A stretch of 64,000 nucleotides of DNA from an uncultured cyanobacterium. GTDB lineage: Bacteria; Cyanobacteriota; Cyanobacteriia; Cyanobacteriales; CAWUOF01. Shown here piece after piece: positions 41,251 to 54,400 of this stretch. The position numbers were made by a program, and so were the translations under genes. Location: assembly GCA_963744145.1 (NCBI GenBank), contig CAVUSO010000001.1, positions 4,992,001 to 5,056,000 on the forward strand, given 5' to 3'. The notes under the pieces were generated by a model, which was not told the DNA's origin, did no database searches, and saw nothing but the letters and a program-made list of their open reading frames with translations. Numbering within the stretch: the first letter of the stretch is position 1; every line of letters begins with the position of its first letter.

Positions 41251-42039
41251 ATGTTCTTGACAGAATCAGAACAACAAATTTCCAGAATATCAGCAACAGG
41301 GATATATTATTCGTCCTGTAGCAGATTTAGAGGCTCTTACTTCAATCAAGAGCAATTTGTTCAGTTGATTCAAAGTGCTTTGGGAACTTCTGTTACTGAT
41401 GATCCAGAAGTGCTGTTGAATCGGATTCACGACCAGGTAGCGATCGCCGAACTCAATTCCTTCCGTTTAAAAATTATTCGGGGAATTAATGCAATTGGGA
41501 ACTTCCGAGCGATGTATTTCCGATTGGCTAGATCCTATCTGGAAACCCTAGTGGGTAACGAATTAGCCATGCAATTGCGGGTGAATCTAAGTATTCAGCT
41601 TCCTGGGGATGATAGTTCCCTACTACCAATTCATGCAGATACTTGGTCTGGAGATTCCCCTTTTCAGGTAGTGGTTTGGGTGCCGTTGGTGGACTGCTAT
41701 GGGACAAAAGCCATGTATTTGCTTCCTCCTGAACCAACAGCAAGATTAACCCAAGAATTTAAGCAACAAGCGGGTTCGAGCAGTGAGGAACTTTATCAGG
41801 CGATCGCCCATGAAGTGCAATGGCTGAAGGTAAACTATGGTGAAGTATTGATTTTCAATCAAGGATTACCCCACGGTAATCGCGTTAATACTGAATCGGA
41901 AACCCGTTGGTCGATGAATTGTCGCTTTAAAGGACTATTTACTCCATATTGTGACAAAAAAATTCGGGAATTTTTTGAACCGATTACCTTACGAGCAGTT
42001 TCTCAAGTGGGGATGGCTTATAACTTACCGAAAACCTGA
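41251..42039 (+). CDS. 2OG-Fe(II) oxygenase of the 'sporadic carbohydrate cluster' type
   Basis: HADTW, HGN, RWSMNCRFK; paired with the following gene; frameshifts near the 5' end. Confidence 0.75.
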   Translation: MFLTESEQQISRISATGIYYSSCSRFRGSYFNQEQFVQLIQSALGTSVTDDPEVLLNRIHDQVAIAELNSFRLKIIRGINAIGNFRAMYFRLARSYLETLVGNELAMQLRVNLSIQLPGDDSSLLPIHADTWSGDSPFQVVVWVPLVDCYGTKAMYLLPPEPTARLTQEFKQQAGSSSEELYQAIAHEVQWLKVNYGEVLIFNQGLPHGNRVNTESETRWSMNCRFKGLFTPYCDKKIREFFEPITLRAVSQVGMAYNLPKT

Positions 42040-42437
42040 TGAAAAAAGTGCGTGGTTATATTTTTAGTCGCCCTTTCATGGGTGAGCGTGTACCTCAACA
42101 TATTCAGAATTTGGTGATTCGGGATTATTGCGATCGCCATCACCTGCATTATTTACTTAGTGCGACTGAATACGCAATGGTGGGATGTCATCTAATGCTT
42201 AAGCAAGTTCTGAATGAATTAGTTGATTTAGATGGTGTAGTTGCCTATAGTTTATTTCAATTGCCCGAAGATAGCAATCAACGTCAAAAAATTTATGATA
42301 AACTTATCCAGCTAAATAAGACTTTTTACTTTGCTGTAGAAGGATTAAAGATGGGAAATCAGGAAGAGTGCGATCGGACTGAGACCCTCTGGCGAGTACG
42401 GCAAACTCTGCCGTTTTGCTATCAGTGTTCTCCCTAA
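42039..42437 (+). CDS. LIC12192-like sporadic carbohydrate cluster protein
   Basis: RGYIFSRPFMGERVPQHIQNLVIRDYC..LSATEY; recognised from memory of the family. Confidence 0.7.
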   Translation: MKKVRGYIFSRPFMGERVPQHIQNLVIRDYCDRHHLHYLLSATEYAMVGCHLMLKQVLNELVDLDGVVAYSLFQLPEDSNQRQKIYDKLIQLNKTFYFAVEGLKMGNQEECDRTETLWRVRQTLPFCYQCSP

Positions 42438-42536
42438 AGCATCTCTTTGGACATTCAATCGTGATCAGAATCGGGCGGAACTTACCCAGGGCGATCGCGC
42501 ATCAAGTACAATAGCTGAAGGTCACAGTTGCTAATT

Positions 42537-43599
42537 ATGGCTACTAATTACAGCCCCCTCAAATTTCTGCAATTTCATCAACACCTACAAGCAATTAAAG
42601 ATGGGCGTGTGCTTGCCCCAGTGCATATTCGGGTAAAACCCACGAACCGATGCAACCATAAATGCTGGTTCTGTGCCTATCGTAACGATGATGTAGCTCT
42701 CGGAGGTGAAATGCGAGAGCAAGACAGTATCCCAGTCGCAAAAATGTTGGCTCTTGCCCATGAATTTGTGGAAATGGGGGTCAAAGTGTAACTTTTTCTG
42801 GAGGAGGTGAACCGTTACTCTATAAATCTCTACCAGAGGTAATTGAAATTCTAGCAGCAGGTGGTATTCGGATTGCAGCTCTAAGCAATGGTGCAAACCT
42901 AAAAGGTCGCATGGCTGATGCTTTTGCCCAGCATGGCACATGGATTCGCATTTCTCTAGATGCTTGGGATGATGATAGCTATATTAAAAGTCGGGGGGCG
43001 CAACCCCAGAGTTTTCTCGTCTGCTCAACAATATTAAAGCTTTTACCGATCGGGATACCCAGTGTGTACTCGGAGTGAGTTTTATTGTTACCTATGAGAA
43101 CCATCAACATATTGCAGAAGTCTGTACTTTACTAAAAGATTGTGGTGTCAACCATATTAAGCTGTCAGGGGCAGTGGTGAGCAATGATGTGATAGGGAAT
43201 AATAATTATCACCAATCTATTAAGGAGGAAGTTGCTCATCAAATAGCTTTAGCCCACCCGTTGATTGATGAAAATTTTACCCTGGTTAATCACTATCACG
43301 ATTTAGAGGAGCGTTTTGAGAAGCATTATCATAGTTGTCCATTCCTACAGTTTTTAACCGTGATTGGTGCTGATTAAAATGTCTATACCTGTCAGGATAA
43401 AGCCTATACAGAATCAGGTCGGATGGGATCGATTGCAGATAGAAGTTTCCAGGACTTTTGGTTTTCCCAAGAGAATCAGCGTTTCTTGAATACTTTTAAT
43501 CCTGCCCTTCAGTGTCATCATCATTGTGTTAGCCATGCTAAAAATTTGGCTATTCATGAATATCTATCACTGGATCAGGAGCATAGCTATTTTGTTTAA
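42537..43599 (+). CDS. Radical SAM/SPASM enzyme (frameshifts, internal stop)
   Basis: CNHKCWFC, SGGGEP, later CPF..VYTC and C..HC. Confidence 0.8.
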
Positions 43600-43623
43600 T
43601 CATTATCAAAAATCATCTCGACT

Positions 43624-44079
43624 ATGTTGACTCAACGAACCGCACTAAGAGTTTATATGATACCGACTATCATCTCTGGGTGTTAGAAACTTTGAGAAAA
43701 TTAGAAAACAAGGATTTCGAGTCTCTGGATTTAGAAAATTTAATTGAGGAGGTCTCAGATTTGAGTCGAGACAAAAAAAGAAATTAAAAAGTTTGTTGAG
43801 AAATTTGTTTGAGCATATATTAAAGCTAAAGTATTGGCAAGCTGAACAGAATAATAACTTTAGGCATTGGCAAGGAGAAATTACTAATTTTCGTAAACAG
43901 ATCAAAGATGAGCTAGAAGATAGTCCTAGTCTTACTTCTTATCTGCTGGAAGTATGGGATAAGTGTTATCAAGATGGGCGGAAATTGCCGCCGCGAAATC
44001 GGGACTTGCTCTAAAAGTTTTTCCTGAAAAGGCAATCCCCAATTTAGAACAAATATTAGATGAAAATTGGTTGCCTTAA
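43624..44079 (+). pseudogene. DUF29 family protein (disrupted paralog of 62807-63268)
   Basis: LYDTDYHLW, LDLENLIEE, EHILKL, LEQILDENWLP. Confidence 0.8.
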
Positions 44080-44130
44080 TCGGATTTGCACATATATTTC
44101 CATCATAAATGTCGCCAGGGAAGAATAATA

Positions 44131-44788
44131 ATGGGACAGCTTAGAAATTTCGTAACACCCCTACATCAAGCAACTCAGCGAGACTATCTAGCTCACATCG
44201 TGATGATAAAGTCCGTGTATGCAGATGGCTAAACAGTTTGGGGCTGAGTATTGGGATGGCGATCGCCATTATGGTTACGGTGGTTATCGCTATAGTCCAG
44301 GAAGGTGGAACCTGTTGTAAAGGGCTAATTCAAACTTATCGTTTGGGCAGGCCAAAGGTGTTAGATGTTGGTTGTGGTAAAGGTTTTTTGCTCCATGAAA
44401 TGCTATTATTACAGCCAGAATTACAGGTCAAAGGTTTTGATATCTCTGATATGGTATTGACCATGCTACTGATTTGGTCAAACCACACCTGTTTTTACAT
44501 CCAGCTCAAACAGCCTATCCCTTTGGCGATGGCGAATTTGATCTAGTGATTTCTCTGGGATGCTTGCATAATCTGCGTTTATTTGATCTCAAAACAGCAT
44601 TGACGGAAATTGAGCGAGTAGGAGAAAAAGGTTATGTTATGCTAGAAAGCTATCGCCATGAGCAGGAACTTTTTAATCTTCAGTGTTAGGCATTAACCTG
44701 TGAGTCATTTTTTGATGATGAAGAATGGATTTGGCTCTATCAGCATTTCGGGTACACAGGAGATTATGAATTTATTTACTTTGAGTGA
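44131..44788 (+). CDS. Class I SAM methyltransferase (disrupted)
   Basis: YWDGDR..GYGGY, LDVGCGKG, FDLVIS. Confidence 0.8.
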
Positions 44789-44818
44789 ATGTTTTGGACT
44801 AAGAAATAGAGAATTAAT

Positions 44819-45402
44819 ATGACATTGACATTAACGGAAAAAAAAACCACAGAAACCAAGTTAATTTTAACACAAATTAGCTGGTCTAAAATGGAAGATA
44901 TTGAAAAGAGTTTTACCAATATTGGAGGAGTCAGATTTTTATATTTAGATGGAACTCTAGCAATTATGACTATTAGCCCAGAACATGAAGAAACTAAAAA
45001 GACTATTTCTCTATTATTAGAAGCTTACATGATTCAAAAAGGTATTAAATTTTATGGTCGAGGGGGATTTCATTAGGAAGCCAAGAACAGAAAGCTAAAA
45101 AAGAACCTGATGAATCCTATAATTTTCAAACTAAAAAAGCTATTCCCGATTTAGTAATTGAAGTTATATTTGCTAGTGGAGGTATAGATATTTTAGAGTT
45201 ATATAAAAGAATAGGTATTCCCGAGGTATGGCTGTGGCAAGATGGGGTATTAAGTATATATAACTTAAAAGAAGAGTATGAAAAAGTCCAAAAAAGCCAA
45301 TTTTTGCCAGAGCTTAACATAGATTTATTAGGGCGATATATTAACCATTATGACCAATATGAAGCGATTACTGAGTTTATTGATAAAATTAAAGCCAATT
45401 AA
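44819..45402 (+). pseudogene. Uma2 endonuclease (disrupted paralog of 63318-63902)
   Basis: High nucleotide similarity to 63318-63902; 1-bp deletion near 45070. Confidence 0.85.
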
Positions 45403-45528
45403 ATTCAACCAGATAATGAGCGATCTAAATTATTTGGAGAAAATTAAATGCTACTAAAGAAATAAAAAGATATATTCTTAAGATCATTAAAGATAAAATA
45501 AGAGAACCTAGATTTGAGCAGGAAAAAA

Positions 45529-46537
45529 ATGTCAATCAATAGTAAAAACAACTTTGTTGCTGATTTATCAGAAGATAATATTCATTACCGTCCTCAAATT
45601 CAGTTAGATTGTAGAATGATCCAAGCGTTGGTAGAAGAAAGGGCATTTGCTGATTTTCCTTTAACGATCGCGAATATTGGGGTACGCTTAGGATTTGATC
45701 GTGGGTGGGATATTTTTGCAGATCAATGTATTCAAGTTGGGTTTGAACCAGATGCGGAAGAATGTGCCCATCTTGAAGCTGAATACAACATGAGAAAGTC
45801 ACAAAATTTACCTAGAGAGCAATATGAAAGTATCGCTTTATGGGAAAATATTGGTACACAAACCCTTTATATTCCACGTCGGATTACCACAGCATCTTGT
45901 TTTCCACCAAATCAGGCATTTTTCCGCAGACTTCCTGATCAATCACCAATGGAAATCGTGAAAACGATTGAAATTAAGACAAGAACTTTAGATGATTATT
46001 CTCAGGAAAAAGAACTAAATTTTGATGTAGTAAAAATTGATGTGCTAGGAGGTGAACTACCGATATTAGAAGGAGGAATTCACTCGCTCCAAAAGTCTAT
46101 AATTGCAGTTGTAGCAGAAGTAGAGTTTGTTGAACTTTATCAAGGACAACCCTTATTTGCAGAAATAGACCAGTTTATGCGGAGCCAAGGTTTTGCTTTA
46201 TTCGATTTGGATATTCGACACTGGAGACGCAAACGACTATCAGCAGCTTTGATGACATCAGGGTAGGACAGACTATTTATGCAGATGCTTTATATTTGAA
46301 AGATCCAGTTGAATATAATAATTTGCCTGATGATATTGATCAGCAACGAGTAAAATTATTAAAACTGGCAGCATTAGCTGAATATTTTTCTTACCAGATT
46401 ATGGGATGGAGATTATAGAACTAGCAACAAGTCTCGCTTTGATCGATCAAAAAGAAGCAACTAGATTAGTTAATTTACTGGATCACAATGAAATAATTGG
46501 TAAGCGCGATCGCAGTTTTTTAAAGCAAAAAAGCTAA
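45529..46537 (+). CDS. FkbM-family methyltransferase (frameshifted)
   Basis: GFEPD, TRTLDD, VKIDVLGGE, EVEF..LY. Confidence 0.8.
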
Positions 46538-46552
46538 GGAATCAAAAACATC

Positions 46553-47341
46553 ATGCAAAAAAAACATACTCTGATTATTGGTGGGACTAGAGGAATGGGG
46601 CGTGCTTTAGTAAAAACTTTAGCTGAATCCGGTCATACTTTATCAGTTATTGGTAGAAGACAGCCTAGTGAAGAAGATAGAACGATTGCTAATGTTTATT
46701 ATTGGGTTGTTGATTTATTAGACCTAGAAAAACTTTCGCAAACTCTAACCGATATCATATCCCAATATGGGAAATTAAATAACTTAGTTTTTTTTCAACA
46801 GTATCGAGGACAAGAAGATGATTGGACAGGAGAAATAGAAACTAGCTTAACCGCGACCAAAAATGTAATTGAAACTTTAGCTGAACAATTTGAAGATAAC
46901 AATGAAAGCTCAATTGTGATCGTTAGTTCTATAGCTGGTCAATTTATCGCTTTAGAACAACCTTTGAGTTATCATGTAGCTAAAGCTGGAATTAATCAGA
47001 TGGTTCGTTTTTATGCTGTTAATTTGGGAAGCAAGGGAATTAGGGTAAATAGTGTTGCTTCTGGCACTATGCTAAAAGAGGAATCAAAAGACTTTTACCT
47101 ACAAAATGAAGAACTGCATAATCTTTATAAGAGTATAATACCCCTGGGTCGGATGGGCACTTCGCAAGAGCTGGCCAATGTGATCACGTTTCTGTGTAGC
47201 CCTCAAGCATCATTTATCACGGGTCAAAATCTAGTCGTGGATGGTGGTATATCTTTACAATGGCACGAGTCCTTAGCACGTAAACTAACACCCTTGACCA
47301 ACCTGAATGTATCACGCAAAACCCAGAGGAGTCCAAAATGA
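46553..47341 (+). CDS. Short-chain dehydrogenase/reductase
   Basis: GGTRGMG, YHVAK, IRVNSV, ITGQNLVVDGG. Confidence 0.9.
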   Translation: MQKKHTLIIGGTRGMGRALVKTLAESGHTLSVIGRRQPSEEDRTIANVYYWVVDLLDLEKLSQTLTDIISQYGKLNNLVFFQQYRGQEDDWTGEIETSLTATKNVIETLAEQFEDNNESSIVIVSSIAGQFIALEQPLSYHVAKAGINQMVRFYAVNLGSKGIRVNSVASGTMLKEESKDFYLQNEELHNLYKSIIPLGRMGTSQELANVITFLCSPQASFITGQNLVVDGGISLQWHESLARKLTPLTNLNVSRKTQRSPK

Positions 47342-48577
47342 GTAAAACGGTGTATCGGCGCGATAACTGTCGCTTGTGCGGTAGTGATCATCTAGAGCTG
47401 GTTCTGCAACTTACACCAACACCTGTGGGAGATGCTTATATAGCAAGCGATCGGCTTGAGCAAGTTCAGGAAACCTATCCAGTTGAACTTTTCTTGTGCA
47501 AAAGTTGTGGTCTGGCACAGTTGCTTGATGTAGTCGATCCAGAAGTTCTCTATCGGGATTTTATCTACGAAACCTCAATTTCCCTAGGCTTAGTGGAACA
47601 CTTTCAAAAATACGCAGATCAAGTCCTTTCTCAGGTAAATCCTGCCCCAGAGTCACTGGTGATTGATATTGGTAGTAACGATGGCACTTTACTGAAATTT
47701 TTTAAAAACATTGTCTGCGTGTTCTCGGAGTGACCCAGCTCGTGATATTGCTCAAAAAGCCACAGAATCTGGAATTGAGACCCTAGCAACTTTCTTTAAT
47801 GCCGAGATCGCCAACAAGATTAAGCATGATTACGGTGCCGCAACCATCATCACATCAAACAATACTTTTGCCAATATCGATGATTTGGCCAATATGACCG
47901 CAGGAATTCGCGATTTACTAGCCCCTGATGGAGTCTTCGTCTTTGAAACTGGCTACCTGGTTAATTTAGTTGAACATGGTATTTTTGACAATATTTATCA
48001 TGAGCATTTAAGTTACTTTTGAGTAAAACCACTAGAAGCTTTCTTTCACCGTCATCGCATGGAATTAATAGATATTGAACATATCGCAACTAAGGGTGGT
48101 TCTTTACGGGGTATCGTCCAGCTAGCTAATGGTAACGGCAAAGATCACAGTCTGTTAATCAGATGTTGACATTAGAAATAAATCAGGGAGCAGATCGTCC
48201 TGAATTTTTCCAGGAATTTGCTGCTAAAATCAGTGATGTAAAAAAACAACTCCTCAGTTTGTTTAAGCAATCTCAAGGCACAAGGAAAGACTATCGCTGG
48301 TTATGGTGCTTCAGTTGGTGTCACGACACTGACCTATCACTTTGGGATTGGCGATCGATTGAGTTTTATTGTTGATGATAACCCAGCCAAGCATAACCTG
48401 TTTAGTCCGGGCTATCATACTCCAGTATTATCCTCTAGTGTCATTTATGAGCGTCAGCCAGACTATATAGTAATCCTTGCTTGGAGATCCGCCAAGCCAA
48501 TTATGAAGAAGCATCAAGCGTATTTGCAACAGGGTGGAAAGTTTATCCTGCTTTGGCCCGAAATTCAAATTAAGTAG
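47338..48577 (+). CDS. NDP-sugar C-methyltransferase (TylCIII/EryBIII-like; disrupted)
   Basis: CRLC...CKSC Zn motif, DIGSNDG, FDNIYHEH, GYGAS, DDNPAK, ILAW. Confidence 0.85.
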
Positions 48578-48600
48578 CAAGCTGAGTCTGGCAATAATTT

Positions 48601-49019
48601 ATGTTGAAAAGACTTTCCCATGTCTGTCTTGGTACAAGTGATTTAAAAAAAACTATAGACTTTTACTGTGGTCTACTTAATTGTCAGATTGTCCACGAGT
48701 TCAGAAATCAGCAAGGAGAATTATATGGCATATTTATTCTGATTAATAATGGGACATATTTAGAATTTTTTCAGGAACAATCTCCCCAGCCACAGGGTGG
48801 GATGTTAGACATCTATGCTTAGAAGTAGAAGACATCTACAAATTCGCAAATGGGATTAGAGAAAAAGGATTTAATGTAGAAATATCTAGAGGTAGAACTG
48901 ACAAAGTTTTGCAATTTTGGATTCACGATCCTGATGGAAATCAGGTAGAATTTCACCAATATGATCAAGATTCTGTCCAGTATCAATATGCTGAAAAATT
49001 GCGATCGAGGTCAAATTAA
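48601..49019 (+). CDS. VOC/glyoxalase-family protein (frameshifted)
   Basis: LSHVCL, FYCGLL, LEFF, DPDGNQVE. Confidence 0.8.
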
Positions 49020-49076
49020 ATTATTGTAGTTTTTCAGAATTGATCGGTAGCCAAATCTTTACGACAGGAAAAAATT

Positions 49077-50187
49077 ATGACAACGGTGCTTGTAATTGGT
49101 GGTGGATTTGCTGGGTGCTGTGCAGCTCATCTTTTATCAGAACAGGGGTATAAAGTAACTTTAGTAGAGAGAGCATCATTTTTAGGTGGTGGTTGTAAAA
49201 CCTTTTTTTATGGAGGTCATCCTTATACTATTGGACCGAGGCATTTTTTAACAAAGGATGAAAACCTGTTTAATTTCTTAAATCAGTATGTACCGATGAG
49301 GCGCATCCTAGATCACAATTTCTGACATATATTGAACGAGATCCCGGATTCTATCATTTTCCCATTCATCGCGATGATATTGACTTAATGCCTGATCGAG
49401 AAGGAATTTTAGATGAGTTAAGTCAATTGGATGAGCAAAAAGTCAGTTCAGCCCGTAATTTAGAAGAATTTTGGCTCTTGTCAGTCGGATCAACTCTCTA
49501 CAGTAAATTTGTAGAATCCTACTCTAAAAAAATGTGGAAGGTTGAATCAAACACAATATTTACAGAATTTTCTTTTACAACTAAAGGGGTGGCTTTAAAA
49601 ACTGGTGATACTAAAGCAGCTTGGACAGAAGCAATTTCAGCTTTTCCGTTGAAAATCAATGGTTATGATGATTACTTTGAAATTGGGACTCAAAATGTTG
49701 AAGTTCTTTTAGACACAACAATAGAAGCTTTTGATATAGAAAAATATAGGTTAAGATTCAAGGAGAATGGTCAAAATATGATATGATCGTCAGCACAGTT
49801 TCGCCAGAAATCATTATGAATAATGCTTTTGGCCCCTTACGCTGGATTGGTCGTGATTTTTTCAAGATTGTTCTACCAGTACCTGAAGTTTTTCCCCAAA
49901 GTGTTTACTTTCTTTATTATGCTAATGACGAACCTTTCACCCGAATTGTAGAATATAAAAAATTCTATGAATATGAATCTCCAACGACATTGCTAGGTTT
50001 AGAAATACCTTCATTTAGCAATAAGCTTTATCCCTATCCTACAACTGAAGATCGACAATTAGCTCAACAATATTTAGATGCTCTGCCTGAAAAAGTATTT
50101 TCTATTGGTAGAGCAGGAACTTACCGCTACATTGACATTGCTCCGATTATTCAGCAGTGTATGGATTTAGTAAGTAAGCTTAAATAG
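49077..50187 (+). CDS. UDP-galactopyranose mutase-like flavoenzyme (frameshifted)
   Basis: GGGFAG, GPRHF, TRIVEYK, LYP, GRAGTYRY. Confidence 0.8.
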
Positions 50188-50225
50188 GACAAAAGTCATT
50201 AGTTGTTTGTTTACACCAAGAAAAT

Positions 50226-51343
50226 ATGCCTAGTTTAACAGTTGCCAATCCGATCGCATGGAACAAGACGCAATAGCAGAATTGCCGAATCGGGTCATTG
50301 AGGCATTTCAGCCTGTTACCTTTCTCCAACTAGGTTACCCAATCCGAATTCGTCGTGAATCGGAACTGTTTAAGTATATAGATGTCATGCAGGAAACCCG
50401 ATTTGAGCATGATTACTTAAATTTTTTGGGGGGAGTAACACTAACAGAGTTTGAGTTATTGCAAAAATTAACCTCATTGGTATGTAATTTTAGTGAGGTG
50501 CGGTTTCAACGTAAAGGGATTGCCAGGTCAAGTTTGATTCGGATGATTAATGTTTTACGTCATATTCGATACTTATCTGGTGCGGAACAGCCAAGGATTT
50601 TTGAAATTGGCCCAGGCTGTGGTTATCTGGGAGCGATGCTAATGTTATTGGGCTATCCCTATGCGGCCACAGATGTAACCCAAGCATTTTATTTGTATCA
50701 GAATCATCTGTGGGATTTTATTACTGATGGAAAAGTTTTTGAAGGAGCCCAACAAGAAATTAATTCAGTTTTAAGAGCAATCCCACCAGGTAGTGTGACC
50801 CATATTCCTTGGTGGGAATTTGTAAAACTACGTCCAGAGTCAGTACCAAAGTTTGATGTGATCACCTGCAACCATGCTTTATGTGAGATGCACCCAGATA
50901 GTCTAAGATTTATCTTGAAAATTGTTCATGCTTGTTTAAATAGCCAAGACACAGTAAAGGCTTTTATCTTTGAGGGCTGGGGTTGGAAAAGTCCTCTTCC
51001 TAATAAAGTAGGCTCGGTCGCAGAAGCAGCAGATATTTTTTATCGGTTTGGATTTTCGTTGGTTTATAACGATTCTAAAATAACTGTGTTTGTACCTTCG
51101 GGAACGCCAAATGCTGTTAATTGCTGCCCTTGGGAAGAGTTAAGTACATCTTATGTTCCTCACTATTTTAGTGCATCAGAAAATCCTTTAGCTCAAGCAA
51201 TAGGTTTAGGGAGGCAAAACAATCAAACTAAAGAAAGAGTCGGAATAGATGCGGTTAATAGCTTCTATTCAAATTTATTAGGTAGAGAAGATCACTTAAC
51301 ACCTGATGAACATTTTTTGAAATTAATAGGGAGAAAATACTAA
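50226..51343 (+). CDS. Putative sugar O-methyltransferase
   Basis: FEIGPGCGYLG SAM-binding motif; probable frameshift in the first codons. Confidence 0.65.
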
Positions 51344-51344
51344 A

Positions 51345-52436
51345 ATGTTAGAAATAAAGTCCGATCGCTTAAACACATTGCCGCGACCATTTCGGGATGT
51401 GGAATTGTACCAAGCAAATCTTGAAACTGGATTCGCAATGTTCCCCCAGCGACAAGAGAATTACCACCGTTATAAAGCTGCTCAACGAGGTGAAATAGTT
51501 GATTATTTGCCGATCATGTTGGATATTGAAAATGTCAGCCGCTGTAATTATCACTGTACCATGTGTCAGGTAAGTGATTGGGAAGGCTATAAAAGAGCTG
51601 ATGATATGTCTTTTGAAGACTATAAAGCATTGCTTGATCGCCAGTATGGATTGACAGAAATTAAACTCCAGGGGATGGGAGAGCCATTTCTTGGCAAGTG
51701 CTATTTTGAAATGATTGAGTATGCCAGAGCCAAATATATTTGGGTGAGATCGACAACCAATGCCTCGATCTTGCATACTAATGAAAATTATAAACGTATC
51801 ATCGATTCAGATATTTGTGAATTGCAAGTTTCAATTGATGGAACTAGCGGCGAAACCTACGAAAAAATTCGTCGAGGTGGTCGATTTGAAAGAGTAGTAA
51901 AAAATTGCCAATTGCTAAATGAATATGGTCGCGAAGTGAACCGCAAGCGCACGAGAATGTGGACAGTAATTCAGGCCGCTAATTTTCACGAAATTGAACA
52001 GTTTCCTGCTTGTGCTGCTGAACTTGGGTTTGAACGTTTAACTCTGTCTCTTGATTTGAACGATTGGGGGCAAGATAAATGGCGAGCTGTTAACGATCAG
52101 GTTGATATGCACAAAAAATTTGATCTCGCGATCGCCCCGCAGTTAATCGCTTTAGGAAAAGAACTGAATGTAGAAGTAACTTTTTGGTTTCTTGATGAAA
52201 AATATGAAACAAATGATTTAACCAAACTGTGTCCTTGGCCTTTTGAAAGAGCCTATATTTCTTCTGATTTGCGAATTGTTCCCTGCTGTATGGTGGCTAC
52301 GCCAGATGTATATGAACTGGGTGATGCCCGTCATTTATTATCAGAGTGGAATGGTGAGCAAATGAAAGAATTTAGAAAGGCTCATTTGAGCGGCAATATT
52401 CCCAATATTTGCAAATCTTGCTATAAAAATAATTAG
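51345..52436 (+). CDS. Radical SAM/SPASM enzyme
   Basis: CNYHCTMC, GMGEP, CPWPF..PCC, CKSC. Confidence 0.9.
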   Translation: MLEIKSDRLNTLPRPFRDVELYQANLETGFAMFPQRQENYHRYKAAQRGEIVDYLPIMLDIENVSRCNYHCTMCQVSDWEGYKRADDMSFEDYKALLDRQYGLTEIKLQGMGEPFLGKCYFEMIEYARAKYIWVRSTTNASILHTNENYKRIIDSDICELQVSIDGTSGETYEKIRRGGRFERVVKNCQLLNEYGREVNRKRTRMWTVIQAANFHEIEQFPACAAELGFERLTLSLDLNDWGQDKWRAVNDQVDMHKKFDLAIAPQLIALGKELNVEVTFWFLDEKYETNDLTKLCPWPFERAYISSDLRIVPCCMVATPDVYELGDARHLLSEWNGEQMKEFRKAHLSGNIPNICKSCYKNN

Positions 52437-52448
52437 AAAAGGATATAC

Positions 52449-53376
52449 ATGGAAAAGCCTTTTGATTCCTCGGCCATAGGTTCCGATGTTCCCCGGAATT
52501 TTAAACAATATTTAGCTCGGCAAGTTGGCTCTTTTATTATTGGTATGTTCGGTCTTAATCAGCCGAGCTTTTTAGCTACAGAAATCGTGCAACAAATCCA
52601 ACCTATATGTCATATTCCCACTAGTTTTGGAGGCATGAAATGTAAAGGTGGGCATGGCAGACTGCGATGGTCGAGCATTAACTTTTTATTCTGAAGAACC
52701 GGAAACAATTAAATGGTTGGAATCTATCAACCAAAATGATTTACTTTGGGATATAGGGGCTAACGTAGGTCTATATGCAATTTACACCGCCATGTTTACT
52801 AAGTGCAAAGTATTGGCAATAGAACCAGAAGCTCAGAATTATGCACTATTAATTGAAAATATTGTGCTGAATCATGTCCAGGAATATGTAGAAGCAACTA
52901 ATTTAGCAGTTACCAAAGATTTTGGGGTGGGAAAATTACGAGTGCATTCTATTACCAAAAGTGGAGCGTATAATCAGTTTTTTTTAAATAAAGAGTCTTC
53001 AGTGGAAGACCGTCGGATGAGTAGTTTATCTGCATCAGTCCAATCTACAGCGGTTTCCCAGGTTCAGATTGGTGTGTCATTGGACGATCTGGTCACTAAA
53101 TTTGAGTTTGCCAGTCCTACACATATTAAAATTGATGTAGATGGAAATGAACCAGATATTATAGCTGGAGCATCTCAAGTTTTGCAGAATAAATCCTGCA
53201 AAAGTATTCTAATTGAACTCAAAAGAGATGACCCTGAACATATGGCAATCGTAGAAAAATTGGCGAATCTAGGCTATGATTGTGTTTCAGAACGTTCAAA
53301 TTGGGAAAGTAGAACAAACCGAGACAGGGAAGATGAATATCCTAGTGTCAACATGATATTTACTAGAAAACTTTGA
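52449..53376 (+). CDS. FkbM-family methyltransferase (one frameshift)
   Basis: WDIGANVG, IEPE, IKIDVDGNE. Confidence 0.85.
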
Positions 53377-53399
53377 AGCCAGATGTGCACTTAAAATAT

Positions 53400-54395
53400 A
53401 TGAATATTCCTAAGAATTGTTTGGTGACAGGTGCTGCTGGTTTTATTGGCAGCCACTTGTGCGATCGTCTCCTTGCTCTTGATCACAAAGTAATCGGGTT
53501 AGACAGCCTGATCACGGGTCGTTTGGCGAATTTAGCTACAGCTAACACCTATCAAACCTTTACCTTGATTCAGGAAGACCTAGCCGCGATCACTCCATCT
53601 AGATTAGAAAATGTAGATTGGGTCTTTCATCTAGCCGGATTAGCTGATCTAGTCCCATCCATCCAAAACCCGGAGAAATATTATCACGCCAACGTCCACA
53701 GCACTTTTGCTCTCCTAGAAGCCTGTCGCCAAAGCAAAATTCAACGTTTTATATATACCGCTTCCTCTACCTGTTATGGTATTCCCAATCAGTACCCCAC
53801 CCCGGAAACCTATCCCTGTTCTCCAGAACATCCCTATGCTCTCACTAAATATCTGGGAGAGCAATTAGTCATACATTGGGCTAAAGTTTACAAACTTCCT
53901 GCCCTTTCCCTGCGCTTGTTTAACGTTTATGACCACGTTCCCGCACTACGGGGGCTTACGGTGCAGTTTTTGGTGTTTTCTTAGCCCAAAAGCTAGCGGG
54001 AAAACCATTTACCGTGGTTGGAGATGGTAGTCAAACTAGGGACTTCACTTTTGTTAGCGATGTGGTAGAAGGCTTTGTGAAAGCAGCAGAATCAAACTTA
54101 AGAGGTGAAATCATCAATATTTGTTCTACTCAACCTCAAAGTATCCTCACTTTGGTAAAATTATTGGATGGGCCGATAATCAATATTGCCAAGCGCCCTG
54201 GCGAGCCTGACTGTACCTGGGGGGGATATCACTAAGGCGAAAACTTTGCTAAAATGGCAACCACAAGTTTCTTTCCCGGAGGGCGTATCCCAAATGTTAG
54301 CAAATATTGATCTGTGGAGAGAAGCTCCAGTATGGACACCTGACTCGATTCGAGCAGCAACAAAAGAATGGTTTGATTGTTTGGAGAAAGTCTAA
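53400..54395 (+). CDS. NAD-dependent epimerase/dehydratase (frameshifted)
   Basis: TGAAGFIG, YALTK, RLFNVY, GDGSQTRDF. Confidence 0.85.
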
Positions 54396-54400
54396 TATCT